Positions 37,866 to 51,399 of a DNA stretch of 64,000 nucleotides are shown in pieces (position 1 is the stretch's first letter; the number at the start of each line of letters is the position of its first letter). Source of the DNA: Azolla caroliniana (Eukaryota; Plantae; Polypodiophyta). The translations under genes were made by a program, and so were the position numbers. The DNA lies in contig JBHGNT010000018.1 in NCBI GenBank assembly GCA_043228905.1, positions 1,550,001 to 1,614,000 of the forward strand. The letters run 5' to 3'. The notes under the pieces are model-generated. The model worked only from the letters and a program-made list of their open reading frames with translations, was not told the DNA's origin and ran no database searches.

Positions 37866-40800
37866 AGTTGGGGTGATGCCCTCCCTAACTCTATAACTCG
37901 ACCATCTCAGTATTGAATTTGCGCTCCAATGTTTTTTGGTTCGATCTTCTGTTGGATTTGTGCCTTCCTCTCGTCCCAGGTTCTTGCGATGCCCTCTTTT
38001 GACTCGACAACCCGACCGGATTGCGTAACAAATATATTTCATGTTTGTTGACTAAACTCTAAACTCTCTCCTATCTGAGAGCTTGTCTGTCGCTACCTCT
38101 TGTTTAGGTCCATAAGATTGCCCTCCTTGACTTGGTAGCTCGGCCTTTTTTAGTTTCCGATCCAATGTTTTATTTTGTGTTTCTCGTATTGGGCTTCTTC
38201 TTCTGCTTCTTCACAAATGTCGCTTTAATGTAGTGACAGATTATGCCATTGTGATAAATACATCCATAAACCTTGAAATGCACAAGGTATCAATTAAGGG
38301 TTATTTTCTACAAGTTAGAACCATCCAAAATCCTAGGCATGTGTGTGTGTTGCCGAAGGAGTCATAAATTATGCATTGGTTATTAACCCACGTGTCATTG
38401 TATCCTTCTCTTGCTTTTTTGGTCCATTCTACTTCAACCACTCGTGTGAATCATCGTAGCCTTAGGGTTAGGAATGCACTATGTGCCCATTTTTCTGGCT
38501 TATTTAGTATAACATGGACCGTCGAGAATTTTGATTTGCTCAAGCACCTTTCAAATATATGCAAACCCTTTAGGTTTGGGCATATGGTCCTCATTGGTAT
38601 TCCATATGTATGCATTTTGAGTGTTGAACCTTGACTAATATGCACCCAAATGGACTATAAGGGGCACCATTACCCTACTTAGTGCAGACAACTCTTTAGG
38701 TTGATTATATTGAGAGGTTGAGAGGATTTTCATCTGTTGACTGAAACTATTCTGGATGGCCAACATATGTATTAGATGTTGTGTGTGTATAAAGGATTGT
38801 AAATGGGTCCACCATTAACCTTATCATTGACTCTCATTGGGTTATGTGGGTTTCACGTGACAATCCCCTTACGAGTCCTTCGGGTTAAATTGTGCTACTA
38901 TCGTTGTAAAAAAATTATTTTTCTTTGTTGTACAGGTAAATCAAAAGCATTTTCCTACCTATTGGACCCCAACAAGATAGAAATTCTATGTTGAGATTAT
39001 CATTGAGAAATATATAGTTTCTCTGAAGCTCAAACATATGTTGAGAATATTGCATACTTTTATACCTTATAATTGTTAATTTGCTCAAACAACATGTCGC
39101 ATATCATTGGATCTCCATTTTTTGTTTTTTAAAGTCTCCCGCTTTCCCTTTTCTCTCTTAGTAAATTTATTGGGAATCTCTGTTTAATAATTATCAATGT
39201 TTATTGTTGAATCCCTCTTCTTCGTTCATGCCATGACTTTTACTTTTGAACCAATCCTTCATCATAATAACAATTTACAACACTCGCGTTGAAGGTGTTG
39301 ATCTCATAATTTATGCATCAACACAAATAAATAAATAATATACCCTATATGACTTTTCAACCTAATTTTTTTAATGTCCATGTAATTATTTCAACCTTCA
39401 ATGACTTAACAAAGTTGTACAGTTATTGTTTTGCTATCATAGGCCACATTGGTCTCTCTAGGGGTGTTCGCATACTTATTCTTTGTCTCCTCCTCCCGCG
39501 TGAAATAATTTCAATGGCTTCTTGATATGGTCGGCGTTCTCTCTCATCCTACTCTATCTCATGTTTTTTTGTCATTTATTGTTTTGTTCCTTGTCTCGTT
39601 TGACTTCTACCATAATCATTATTAATGTTGTTTATTTTCCTTCCCCCCTTTCCATTCAACGACTTCTAGCATTATTATTATATGCCTTACTAAACATTCA
39701 TCACAAAGAGAAGGTGATAATGTTTTGCATCTGATCATTCCCCATATCCATGATAGACCTCCAAGAAATACTCTCCCAACTACAACACTAACAAATATAA
39801 CTAAGGTTTTTAATAGTATTGGCATACCTCCCTAAGATGTTTTCTATTACAAATGCAAATATTTGAAGATATGTGAGCTTATGGTTCAAAAATTGGCTTC
39901 TAATGTTTTTTATTGGATATTTCGGTTGATAGTAGTTTGTCAATATCCTGCTTATCTACAAACCGACTTTCAATAGGGCAAGGGGAATTTATAGTTACCA
40001 TCAAACCCATATCTGTGTAGCTATAGTCTATAAGCATCTAATAAACACTTTGTTCCAATAGTTTCCCACAATTCCATGTGAACGAATTGTAAATTTATGA
40101 TAGGTAGGTAACCTGTACACAACATAAAAAACCAACCAAGTTTAATATGATGTGTAATGGAGATTAATTATAGGTACTCATATAAAAGTTTAGACATCTT
40201 TAATGAACTATATATTTAAATTTATTGTTGACTTTATTAATCCAAGATTGAGTACGATGCTTAAACACTTTGTTTTAGGTTGTAGCACCCTACACACAAA
40301 AACAATATGTTCCAAAATGTTATAATTGTTGACATAATTTCCATATATGTTCACATAGGGAAACAAATTGGTTGTGATACATCTCAAGTCATGCTATTTT
40401 TATTAAGTGGTGTCCATTATGATATCATTTATGTAACCAAAGTTGTGAAGTATTTGACCATATTTATTTAGCATTTAATTAAATGAGGATTGTTATTACT
40501 TTAAAATGTTTCAAAATATATAATGACATGTAAGCACACAACCTAATTGGCTTTATACATATACTATTCATGTAAACTGATTGGGGAACTAATTGCGTTC
40601 TACTTTGAATTAACCAACATTATTTGAAAGGAACATGCCTTGAATAAGCATGGTCAAATTCTTAGCAAGTAAAATATTGGAAACTCCAATGATAAACTTG
40701 CAACGTGTGTGTGTGGCATGTACAACAACAAATACACACGGAAGTAAGAAGTTTATGTTTATCGCTTAAATGACTTGATAATTATTACTATCAAAATCAA

Positions 40801-41107
40801 GTTGATATGCATGTCGAATCATTATGCATTTTGATAAGTCTTTTATGAGATGATCGTAGAGCGGCAAGTCTGTAGCGACTCAAATCCAAAGACAAAAAAT
40901 GCATGAATAGGGAGTTGAGACTTTGTATGCAAAATATAACACATTTAACTTGTGTAACTCCAATACAAAGTAGATTTAGCTTGGAGGTTGTTGATGGAGA
41001 GGGTATGAATAGGAAATAATTTCATGTGGTTTTGGAAATAAAGAAAACTTTACAAAGCATGTAGAATTTGTAAGCCCAAAAATGAAAATGCGACTAAATG
41101 ATTTAAG

Positions 41108-41194
41108 TCCGACCTGCCGGATTCGAACCAGCGACCTAAGGATAACAGTCAAGCACACTACAGTCCTCCGCTCTACCAACTGAGCTAAGGTCGG
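41108..41194 (-). tRNA. trnY-GUA: tRNA-Tyr(GTA), nuclear plant type with a 14-nt intron (~41144-41157)
   Basis: Reverse complement CCGACCTTAGCTCAGTTGGTAGAGCGGAGGACTGTAG-tgtgcttgactgtt-ATCCTTAGGTCGCTGGTTCGAATCCGGCAGGTCGGA; CAA upstream and T-runs downstream. Confidence 0.97.
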
Positions 41195-41605
41195 GTTGTG
41201 ATGAGTGTCTCAAACATTGAAATAAAGTTATTTCATAAATGTAAACTAATACCCAATGAACTTGCTATTGCTTAAATGGCTCAATATATACTGAATGATT
41301 TATTAATATTGTCACCCTCGTTTTCCATCATTCAAACGTTGCTTGTTCGCTTCATGAATGTAAAGGAGGCTCTGTTGATTCATAAAATAACATTGAACAA
41401 AAGAGAATACATGTTTTATCTTATCACCCCTAATGAGGCCAATTCGAACCCCATGAGAAGTTGGCATATGACCTTTTTAAGTTTGGGAAAGTTATCTTTC
41501 ATGGATCAAATGAGTTTCCTTTTTAGATTCATTAGGGAACATGAAATCATAAAAAGAGATCCATAGATTATAGTGATTGAGCTACCAAAATTTGCTACCT
41601 TGATA

Positions 41606-42077
41606 TGGGCTCGGTTTCGACTCAAACGTAACCAAACCATTTAAGCATGGTTTAACGATTTATTGGTTCCAATATAATTAAATTATATGCGTAGGTTCAA
41701 TTATTATTAAATGGTATGGTTATAAATCTCAAGTTTATCAGTTTGATGGGTTTAAGTGGTTTGGTTTAATGGTTTCTAATCAACTTTTTTTTTTTTTACT
41801 TCCTTACTGGTTTTTTATTGATTTAATTAATTGAACTTAAATGATTAATTAATTTAATGTTTATTTATTTATTTAGATTTAAATGGTTAGGTTTAAATTT
41901 GTGATTAAATTATTTGGTTTGGTTTCAACATTTTCGTAAACGGTTTGGTTTACCTTTTCCTTAAATTATTTGGTTTAAGTGGCTTGGGAGCTCATAAATG
42001 GTTTGTCTTGGTTTTTGTTTTTTATACATAGATGGTCCAATCAGTGCCTATCCATACCAAAGCCGAACCGGGCCCAA
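41606..42077. mobile_element. AT-rich MITE-like element with internal GGTTT motifs
   Basis: Ends tgggctcggtttcg and ccgaaccgggccca are imperfect inverted repeats; interior has many tggttt/aaacca motifs. Confidence 0.5.
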
Positions 42078-44094
42078 AGCTACTTGTAAGCTCAAAAACT
42101 ACGTCAAAATGTGAGTCAATGTATGTGGAAACCTTTTTCCTGAGCATAGGTAAAGACTATATTGGTATAACAAGGTATTGTGTAAACATAAATTACAAAC
42201 CACGGTTTCTGGGTGGCATTGTAGAAGATTTAAGAAATTTCTCAACCTTCCACATTCTAGAACATCCCAACCTCTTTCCACTTTAACCTTTGCATGAAGT
42301 TACTCTTGTTGAGTTCTAATTCCTCTCACTTGATTCTTGAGTTCTAATTCCCCATCACTTGGTTCTTGAGTTCTAATTATAGGCCATATATCATCAATGC
42401 ACTCACTGAATTGCAAACAATTATTGTGTGTTCAAGTAAGAAAAATAATCATATGTTCCTAGTGCAAGACACTATTCTATTAAGCAATAAGCAATTTCAT
42501 AAAACTTTTGATAATTTTCTATGTATAATCGTTCTAATCTCAAATGCATCAATGATACATTTTGGATGTCAATTGTAACAAAGCATCATAAATCAAACTT
42601 TTGATCATTTTCTCAATATGACCATTCTAATCCTATAAGTTGTGAATCATTGTTCTATCATTGTAATGACATAAAACACGTGTTATTCCTAGTTCTAGGA
42701 AGCCAATGAAATGAGCCAAGCAATCACCCAAATAGTTGCACTATAATGTTTTATTGTGACATGGGACGTATATGATGTATTGAAAGTTAAAACCAAACAA
42801 GGTGGTAGTTTACGAGAGAATTAGATCTAGCAAAGAGAATTAAGATACTTTCCTAGCTCAATCTCATGTACATATGGTGCACTTGGGATTTGTAAATGTA
42901 GAAATGTTGCAAGAAACAAAAATACATTCCCAATACTAGGTTAAGACAATACATTTGGACATTTTGTTACCTACCCTTCATTTTTCATTGGGGAACAATT
43001 TAACCCTATCTTAAGGATTACCTTCCACACGTAAATATAAGCCGCATGCCACAAATAAATGACAACATTAATTAATGTAAAGGACCAGTCTTACGAAAAT
43101 TTAACCTTGACATATAAAAATGAATCCATTTGGCTCGATATATTTTTATCCACCCTCAACATGTTGAGCTATCCATCCAACTCACACTATTTGTATTGGT
43201 ACATAGTTTGAATAAATAACATTGCTCAATTAGAATTGATGAAGCCATACCAATCAAGCTTGGATAAGTACTTATTTGGCTCGTGCTTTTCATCTCGATA
43301 CTAGGCTTGTAGGAACCAATCATACTTAGTTTTTTTTTTCCAAAACAATTATTCTTCATTAGTAGAACTACATACATGACGAAATCATTAAGTTGAAAAC
43401 ATTACAATGGCTCTAGCCATGGTGACCTACAACAAATCACAAAGAAGCTGAGTTAAAGACTAAAAAGAATGACATTGGTCATCCTATATGTAATGAATGT
43501 CTAGCAAAACCCCTTTTGAGGATGATTCATCCTAACATTCTTCCATTGAACAACCAACACCTACCAATGCCTTTGAATTAGCTGAAAATTCTCTCCATTG
43601 TAGGCTAAAACTATTTTCAGCCACAACATTAGGCTCAAATTGAGTCAGTGAATGAAACACATTGATTTGTCACCTACAACATGCTTGGCAAATTTTTGTA
43701 CTTCAACACCGGCTTTAGCTGCTGCATTTGTAGACACCAAACATTCCATGATGCCCATGCCGCTTTGAGTTAGTGAATGAAACACATTGCTTTATCACCA
43801 ATCAAACTTAGTCAAGTAGTAGATCAAACCATAAGTTTGATGAATCCAAACAACAAAGTTTTTCATTCGATCGTTTATCAACCCGTCAACCATTTACACG
43901 ATTGTGATTGCTAGCAGGTGGCACTCGATGGAATCAAACTCAAGAGAACATAGCTCAATGAGGTAAGGTAGACCTAAGAAACTTAACGAGATCACACATG
44001 TATGGGCAACTTCAATGAATTGAACAAAACTGAACCATAGAGGAGTTCTAGGTATAGAGTTGGTGGCTAAACCTAGGCCCAATAACAAGATAAG

Positions 44095-44460
44095 GTAGAA
44101 TTTGGGCAATGGCATTGACCTAGGCGCAATATAGGTAGGTTAACAAGATAAGCTAGATATGGGCACAATGTTGGTAACTCGGTGAAGTTAAGAGGATATG
44201 GGCAATTGACTCTTTTTTTTCTCTAGACATGGGCACAAATATATGTAACTAATTTGGTGAGATTAGGAAGATTCCGGTGACTGAGCTGAACATGGGCAGA
44301 ATGCTGGTAACTCGGTTGACATGGGCACAATGCTAGTACCTTGGTGAAGTCAAAAGGAGATGGGCAATTGACTTTCTTTATGGACACAAGCACACAATAT
44401 GTAACGAATTTGGTGATAGGAAGATTCAGGCGATTGAGTTGAACATGGGCAGAGTACGGT
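44095..44460. repeat. Degenerate short-period repeats (gacatgggcacaa, tgggcaattgact, aacatgggcaga)
   Basis: Motifs recur several times, including a ~165-bp imperfect duplication (~44150-44310 vs ~44318-44455). Confidence 0.6.
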
Positions 44461-44699
44461 CGAGCCAATCAAATATGTGCAATTATGTTGACCGAGGCGC
44501 AACAAAGAGAGTTGAACCGAACCCCTCGTTCCCCCTCCCCCCTTATTGGTTCCCGGTTGGTTCAGGCTCGCCCATCTGGGGGAGTTTTTGAGCCTAGTAG
44601 GCAACGAGACCGGGCAAAAACACGACGACTTGCACGATAGGTGAGCATAGGTTTGGCCGGACAAAACGCCAATCAACATGGACATGTATGTATGTATGT

Positions 44700-44990
44700 G
44701 ATATAATGTATGTATGCATAGTACGTAATAGACTCGAATGCATTGGCAACCATTCTCTTTTATACGAATGCAGACGAATGCATATGTTATCAAAACATTC
44801 TTATGTTGTTTTTTAAAACACTTTTCACCTTAACTTTCTCATCTTAAAAAAAACATTTTACCTTACCTTATAATAAATAATGAATACAAAAGGAAAAGTA
44901 TGGCATTTACCATACGGTGAGGGTGTTTACCATACGTGAATGTTTGAAGCATTCTCGAATTCGAATGAACGAATGGTTCATACTATGTAT
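44700..44990. mobile_element. Dispersed repeat family B (MITE-like), upstream of MYB
   Basis: gaatgcattg...gaatgca.acgaatgc.tatgttatcaaaa.a.tcttatg matches 63930-64000; tttaccatac...ttgaa.cattctcgaat.cgaatg...atggttcat matches 52780-52850. Confidence 0.65.
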
Positions 44991-46076
44991 GTAAGAGAGA
45001 GAGAGGCCTTTCCTTCCCCTTCCCCTGCGTCTTTTTCTCCCTTCATGTGACAACTGCAGGAGGAAGGGCGTTTGCCGTTGTTCTCTCTCTGTCCCTGTCT
45101 CTCTGTTTCTCTGTCTCTGTCTCTCTCTGTCTATTGTTAATTTTCTCTCTACTTCCCATCCTGCACAAAACCCCTTTCCCTCACCCCTGGTCTGGGTTTT
45201 TAGACAGATTTTAGGGTTTTTTGCTCTTCTTAACCAACAGAGAACTTAGGGTTTCTTCTTCTTCTTCCTCTTCTTTCAGATTTGGGTTTTTTGCTCTTAA
45301 CCACCAGTGATCTCTGCTCTCTCTAGATCATCCTCGCCATCTCCACCACCGCCACCACCAGAGAGCTCTTTCTTCTTACTCTAAAAGATTCTCCTCGTAC
45401 CGATAAGATCCACTTGCCTTCTCATTTCACAGCTAAGAAGACTTCTTATTTAGGGGTTTAGGCTCAACCTGCAGCAGCTTAGCATATTTCTTTTTTGGTC
45501 TCTCAGCTTCTGGTTATATGCAGAGAGAAGGTGAAAATAAACGGGTTTTGGTCGAGCCTTAGAGAACATAGTCTTTTTCGCAGCTCTGGTTATCACACAG
45601 GAAGGGTAAATTAGGGCATTGGGCTCCAACAAGCTTATCTTGAGTCAGAAATTGTGGTCTGAGATAAGTTCGTATTAGGGGTTTAGTTCAGTCTGAAAAG
45701 CTTCTGTCAGACTACGGAGAATTTAGGGTTTTGGTTGATCTAAAAAGGTTCTCTCTCTCTCTCTCTCTCTCTGCCAGGTTCTGCTTACACAGAGAGAGGG
45801 GAACTTAAGGTATTGGTTCCGTCTATGAATGTTTAGTTTTGTCAGATTCTGAGGGCAATTTAGAGTCCTGTAGAAGAGAGCATCTGATTTACAGATTTGC
45901 AGCTATGTATAACAGCTTATGTCCAAGGGCAGGATTAGTATTTTGTAATAGATTCTACCAGGGAATATTAGGGGTTTAATTCGTGTCTGTTAAACTAAAA
46001 ATCTCTGTTTTTCTCAAAAAAACGTTTGAGAGGGGGGTGGGGGAATTAGGATTTCTGTGTGTGTGTGGAAGGAATA

Positions 46077-49000
46077 ATGCACGAGGAAAGGATAAAGGGA
46101 CCATGGTCTCCTGAAGAGGACGTGATTCTTAGCGAATTGGTGGATAAGTTTGGGGCCAGGAATTGGAGCCTTATCGCCCGAGGCATCCCTGGGCGTTCGG
46201 GTAAATCTTGCCGCCTCCGATGGTGTAACCAGCTCAATCCTGGCGTCAATCGGAAGCCTTTTACAGGTAACTTTTTCTTGTTGGTTTGGGAGAAACAGAG
46301 CAAATCCAATGACATTTGAGGAAATAAAGTAAAGCTCAAGGTATTTTAGTATTTTCCCCATTTTTTTTCAGAAAATCTCAAATACCTTATTTCTCTTTAT
46401 TTCTCCCAATGTCCTTAGTAAAATCCCCCAAGAAAAGAAAATAGGATAAATTGACATAGCACATGATCGAGAAGGGGATTGACCAATGTGCATCTGGTGA
46501 AATAATGAACAACTTTGGGGTTTTCAGAGTTTTTCCCTTATTTGAAGAATTCTACCAAATGAATTCAGTTGTGCATGCCCGTGGCATTTCGTTTGTTTTT
46601 CAATCATTGCTGCTATTTTGATGCTTGCTCAACCAATCATTCATTTTGGTAGTAGTTTGGGAAAATTGTTTTCGAATTATCCTTGTTATTTGCTTTTGAT
46701 TGGCATTTGTCCCTGCTATTTTGATGCGTGCTCAACTAATCATTCATTTTGATAGTAGTTTGGGAAAATTGTTTTCGATTTGTCCCTGTTATTTGCTTTG
46801 ATTGGCATTTGTCATGTTAAACCAATGCTAAACATTATATATTGGTAGTAATAAATTTTCAGTGCTCAGGATTAGTAATCAGGCAACATTCCTTTTCATG
46901 AATGAAATAATTGGAAATCATGTGAAAATTATAAATGTATGCCTGATTGTCCTTACTTAAACTTGGTGCTCGATCATTTCATCTCAATGATATAACTTAT
47001 AATGTTCAGCTCCACAAGTCAGAGAAGAGAGTTTTCTTTCATCCATGGAATATAGGAAATTTATGAGTGAATATCACTGATTTATAAAGGTGTGCCTGTG
47101 TTCTTGGGTTTTGTTTGTCGTTAAAGACGAAATTAAGAGAAAATACCACAATTTTATGAATTTATGCCACTGTTGTTGAAATTTCACTCGCCTGTTTTTG
47201 AAATTTCACACCAATTTCCATAACTCAAAATTTATGCCTGCTTTCATGGTTTGTTTTTGTTTGGCCATTTTAAAACTCTATGATCAAGAATTCGTTTTGA
47301 TAGTAGCAACTTGCAGTATTTTTCCTTTACTTATTGGCTGCGTTTGCTTTTTGAGCATGAAATCCACAAATCTGTAAGTGTATTCTGTTCCTGCTCTTTT
47401 CATTGGCATCTTTTTTCACTTGATGCTGGCATTTCTTTCAACAGTAACAATTTCAGCAATGTTTGGGACAGTTTCCTCTACTAATTAGCTGGTAGTCAAC
47501 TTGGTCTAAGAAATAATAGGAAACTTTGAGACGATACTGCAAAGTTTTATTTTTTTTATGTGGGTTTGGAGGTTTTAGTTGACGACAGACTTTCATTTTG
47601 TAAAATGTATAATGGTAGTCCCAGATGAATAATCAGATTTTTCGGAAGCCTCACCTGGTTTTCTGATTGACCTTTTTTTCACTCGATGCTTAATAAGTTC
47701 CTTTGATATTAACAATTTTGGCAATGTTTGGGACAGTTTCTTTTACTAATTATCTGGTAGTCAACGTAGTCCCTGAAATAATAGGGAACCAGGAGACAGT
47801 ACCACGAAGTTTTATTTTTTTTATGTGGGTTGGATGTTACATTTTTCATTTGGTAAAATGTATAATAATATTTAGCGTTGTACTTTTCATTTGGTAAAAT
47901 GGATAATGATAGTCCCAGATGAATAATTATATTTTTTTCGTAAGCCTCAAACATGCTTTGGTGAGTCACTCTAATGGGCATTATGAATCATGGTAAGAAT
48001 CATACAGTCATAAGTTAGTAGAATGTGGAAAACTATTTCTTTCAATATGATCCTTGCAACAATCCTCATTTGAAGAGTTTGAAATGTTGGATCATACTCC
48101 ATCGAACTTGTGTTCTCCTATCCATATCAACCAACCACTTCATGATTGTTAGTGTTGTTGTATTATACCATTCATCTGAAAATGTTTTATGGACATATAT
48201 GACTGTAAAAATTGCTTGTGATCATTATAAAGAATTATTTGAGTTGCTTCATTTGTAAATCTGAAGCTTCATGATTGTTAGTGTTGTTGTATTATAGCAT
48301 CCACCTGAAAATGTTTTATGGACATATATGACTGTAAAAATTGCTTGTGATCATTATAAAGAATTATTTGAGTTGCTTCATTTGTAAATCTGAAGGATGA
48401 TTAAGGAAAAAATGTGCTTCACAGATTTACTCAACCTGGTTTTTACTTGTTTCATTTGGAATCCTTTGTCTGATAATAATATGTTTGAGAATTGTTAACA
48501 AGCTTCTGACAAAGTGCTAATGTCTTAATTCCTCTGTGTACAGAGGAAGAGGATCGCAAAATAGTTGAAGCTCGTGCAATACATGGAAACAAATGGGCGT
48601 CTATTGCTAGGATGCTACCTGGGCGGACGGACAATGCGATAAAAAACCACTGGAATTCAACTCTTCGACGGAAATACCTCGGTGATGATAAAATGCTCAA
48701 GGATTTCTCTTCTGATGGTTCAGATAGGCTTCAAGAAGATGCTAGTGATACAGACAGAAGCCGCCTTATGATTGATGAAATGGGATATGAAGGAGGAACT
48801 CTTAATCTTGTGAAGATCGAAGAGGGCTCTCATTCATTGGAAACAAAGGATACAACCCAATGTGAGCTGGAGTCGGCAGAGAAAAGAAGATTATTGTGGG
48901 TCGATGGACAAACACAGGTTGAGGAGATAGGCAAAGAACTTTCCATTCTTAAGCCAATCCCTCGACCCAGTGCCTTTACATCTTACAATGCTACCACTTC

Positions 49001-49691
49001 CAATAAGGTGAAGTTGAGCAATGCAACACCTTTGCATATGTATCATCGAATTACTGATCAAAACAATACAGAGACACAACATGGACTCAAAGGTGAAACA
49101 AAGAATTGTGGGGCATCCTTCAGCCCTTTGTTATCAGCTAATACTCACAGTGATCACACTAACTTTGAAGCAGATTGGACTTATCTATCGTCACTTGGTG
49201 GCCCGAAAGCCACAGAGTCGTGTATTTCTCGGAATGTTCCTGTCAAATGTGGGCTTGGATGTTTGTGTGTGAATAAATCCAGAGAAGATTGTCTCTCTCC
49301 CAAGACACCTTTCATGGGGCCCGAGTATATGGAATATACTGAAGAATCTATTGGTGATCCAAGCTCCTTATCACGTGTAAATCCTTGTGATCCACAAGGG
49401 ATTCCTAAAGAACGATCGACCTTTCCATCAGGAGCATGTGGAGAAGGCTCCTCTGCTCCAGCTATACATAATGTAATCTCACAAATGGTGTTGCCACTTC
49501 TACATGCTCAAGCCAAAAAACATTTTGGAGATTCATGGGATAATCACAAGGATGGGATAGAGAAAAATAATGAGCTAGTGAGCACGATGCGAGAAATCAT
49601 TGTGAGAGAGATCTCACGCCGTAGCATGATTGCATTAGAGCCGTGCCAAACAGAGAGAGCTTATGAGCCTGGATCCCCCTACATAGGTTAA
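46077..49691 (+). CDS. R2R3-MYB transcription factor, AtMYB1/MYB25/MYB109-like; exons 46077-46266 and 48544-49691
   Basis: R2 [48 protein letters not shown]; R3 [42 protein letters not shown]; single phase-1 intron (ag|gtaa...cag|ag); C-terminal CGLGC and GPEYMEY motifs. Confidence 0.93.
46611..46813. repeat. ~103-bp tandem duplication in the MYB intron
   Basis: tgctattttgatgc.tgctcaac.aatcattcattttg.tagtagtttgggaaaattg...gattggcatttgtc occurs twice. Confidence 0.9.
47411..47950. repeat. ~265-bp diverged tandem duplication in the MYB intron
   Basis: gcaatgtttgggacagtttc...ctggtagtcaac...tttttttatgtgggtt...agtcccagatgaataat...aagcctca occurs twice. Confidence 0.85.
48138..48395. repeat. 129-bp near-perfect tandem duplication in the MYB intron
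   Basis: cttcatgattgttagtgttgttgtattata...catttgtaaatctgaag occurs twice. Confidence 0.92.
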
Positions 49692-50727
49692 TGGAAAGCA
49701 TTTGGATCTTTAGGATATGAGTTTTCTTTTGTTTGTTTACTGATTGTTTCTTCTCTTTCCATCCATATATGATTCTATTCTATTCTATAAAAATAATGTA
49801 TTTTTTGCATACTAATACAATGGCTGCGCAAAGGAGCATCGCTCTATGTGTTTTAAAGCATGTTGAGAAGCATATATGATATTTTTCTTGGGATATTAAA
49901 GGATGATTTTTGCTAATTTGTAAAGTCCAAATGCCACAATTTTAACTGAGTTTTAGTGGATAATATTTCATAGAGCTGATTAAGAAGATATTGTACAGTA
50001 GTATGAACTTTAATTGGGAATTCAAGGGAATCTAATTTGTCTATGTTTTTTGAATGGTGGTAGATGTCTTATGTAAAACTTATGTAGGTCATTAAAAGAG
50101 AATCAATCTGTGGCTCGACAACATATGAACATGCACAGCTATGGTTGAGTACATAGCTACTTATCATCACTATAACCGTCATTTTCTTAAAAAAGGTAGC
50201 TTATCACTTTGAAGACGAATGCAAACCTTACAACCATCACCTTCATGTTCCTAAAATAACTAATTGATTACTTTAAAGAGGAAAACAAACCTCATACAAG
50301 TTAGAGAGATGGCAAATGATTTTGAAGCTTTTATTTGATAATTTCATGATGCCCTTGCACCTACACCTTACACCTTCCTCCTCCCTCCTTGCATTGAATT
50401 TCATTTATCAAGTTAACAACATGATTTGGTCAATGTTGTCAATGCTAAAATGATAATTGATGTTGGCAAGAAAGTTTGAGCAAGTGAAATCCAACTATAC
50501 GTAGTTGCTAGACATTCTTTCGTTACTCAACACTCCATGTCTAAAGCACTTGTGACTTTGCCACAAATGGGTGTCTCCCTTTGAAATAATGACAAGGATG
50601 AGCCATTGAGCTCCTCTATATGTCATAAGTATAGAGAGAATATCATCCACATTTGGGGGTCTAGAAGTTTAGGATTTGTTGGGGCATAGAGATTTGGAAA
50701 TAGGAAACTCTCTACACATTGATGGGC

Positions 50728-50900
50728 CCTATTTTACATTAGGGATTCAAAAACATTCTTGCCATTTACAACATTCCCTTTGAGATAGTGAGGAATATGA
50801 GCTATCAAGTTCCTATTTTACATCAGGGTTCAAAAACTTTCTTGCCATTTACAACATTCCCTTTGAGATAGTGAGGAATATGAGCTATCAAGTTCTTCTA
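50728..50900. repeat. ~84-bp tandem duplication
   Basis: cctattt.acat.aggg.ttcaaaaac.ttcttgccatttacaacattccctttgagatagtgaggaatatgagctatcaagtt occurs twice. Confidence 0.9.
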
Positions 50901-51399
50901 TTTGTTTGTCACAAAAACCATAAAAATTTCTATTTGCAAAACAAAAGGCTCCAACCTAGACTTACATCATGTACATTCTCAGAACTTAAAGAGTGTAGTG
51001 TTATGGGGCCATGACCATCATCTATAGAAAGAAAGAAAGAAATATTAAAGTCTTCTAAGACCAAAATTGGCCCATGAGACAATTGTTTTACAACAAAAAA
51101 GGGGTGTTTACCTGATCATCGAAAAATAAAAATAAAATAAAATGGGACTTAAGCTAAAAGAGTTCTAGTATTGTACAAATCATGTTATGGTGTAACATAT
51201 TCAAATGGCTTTGTACTAGGCCTGGTTTCATTTCTATCCAAGTCTCTTGAAAAGAAACGGGAGGTCAAAGGGTTTCGATGTGGGTGTGGCACGTGGTACC
51301 CCCAACCATAGCTTCTAGGTGGTGTAACTCACATTCCCTTATCTTCTAAATTGCTTCTACACCATGCTGAGTTGCTTTGAAGCTTGACATCTGAGGGCG

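Noticed and set aside
38230-38650. KPEKWAHSAF motif faintly like a MULE/FAR1 transposase
   Set aside because: Too short, and without supporting DDE context.
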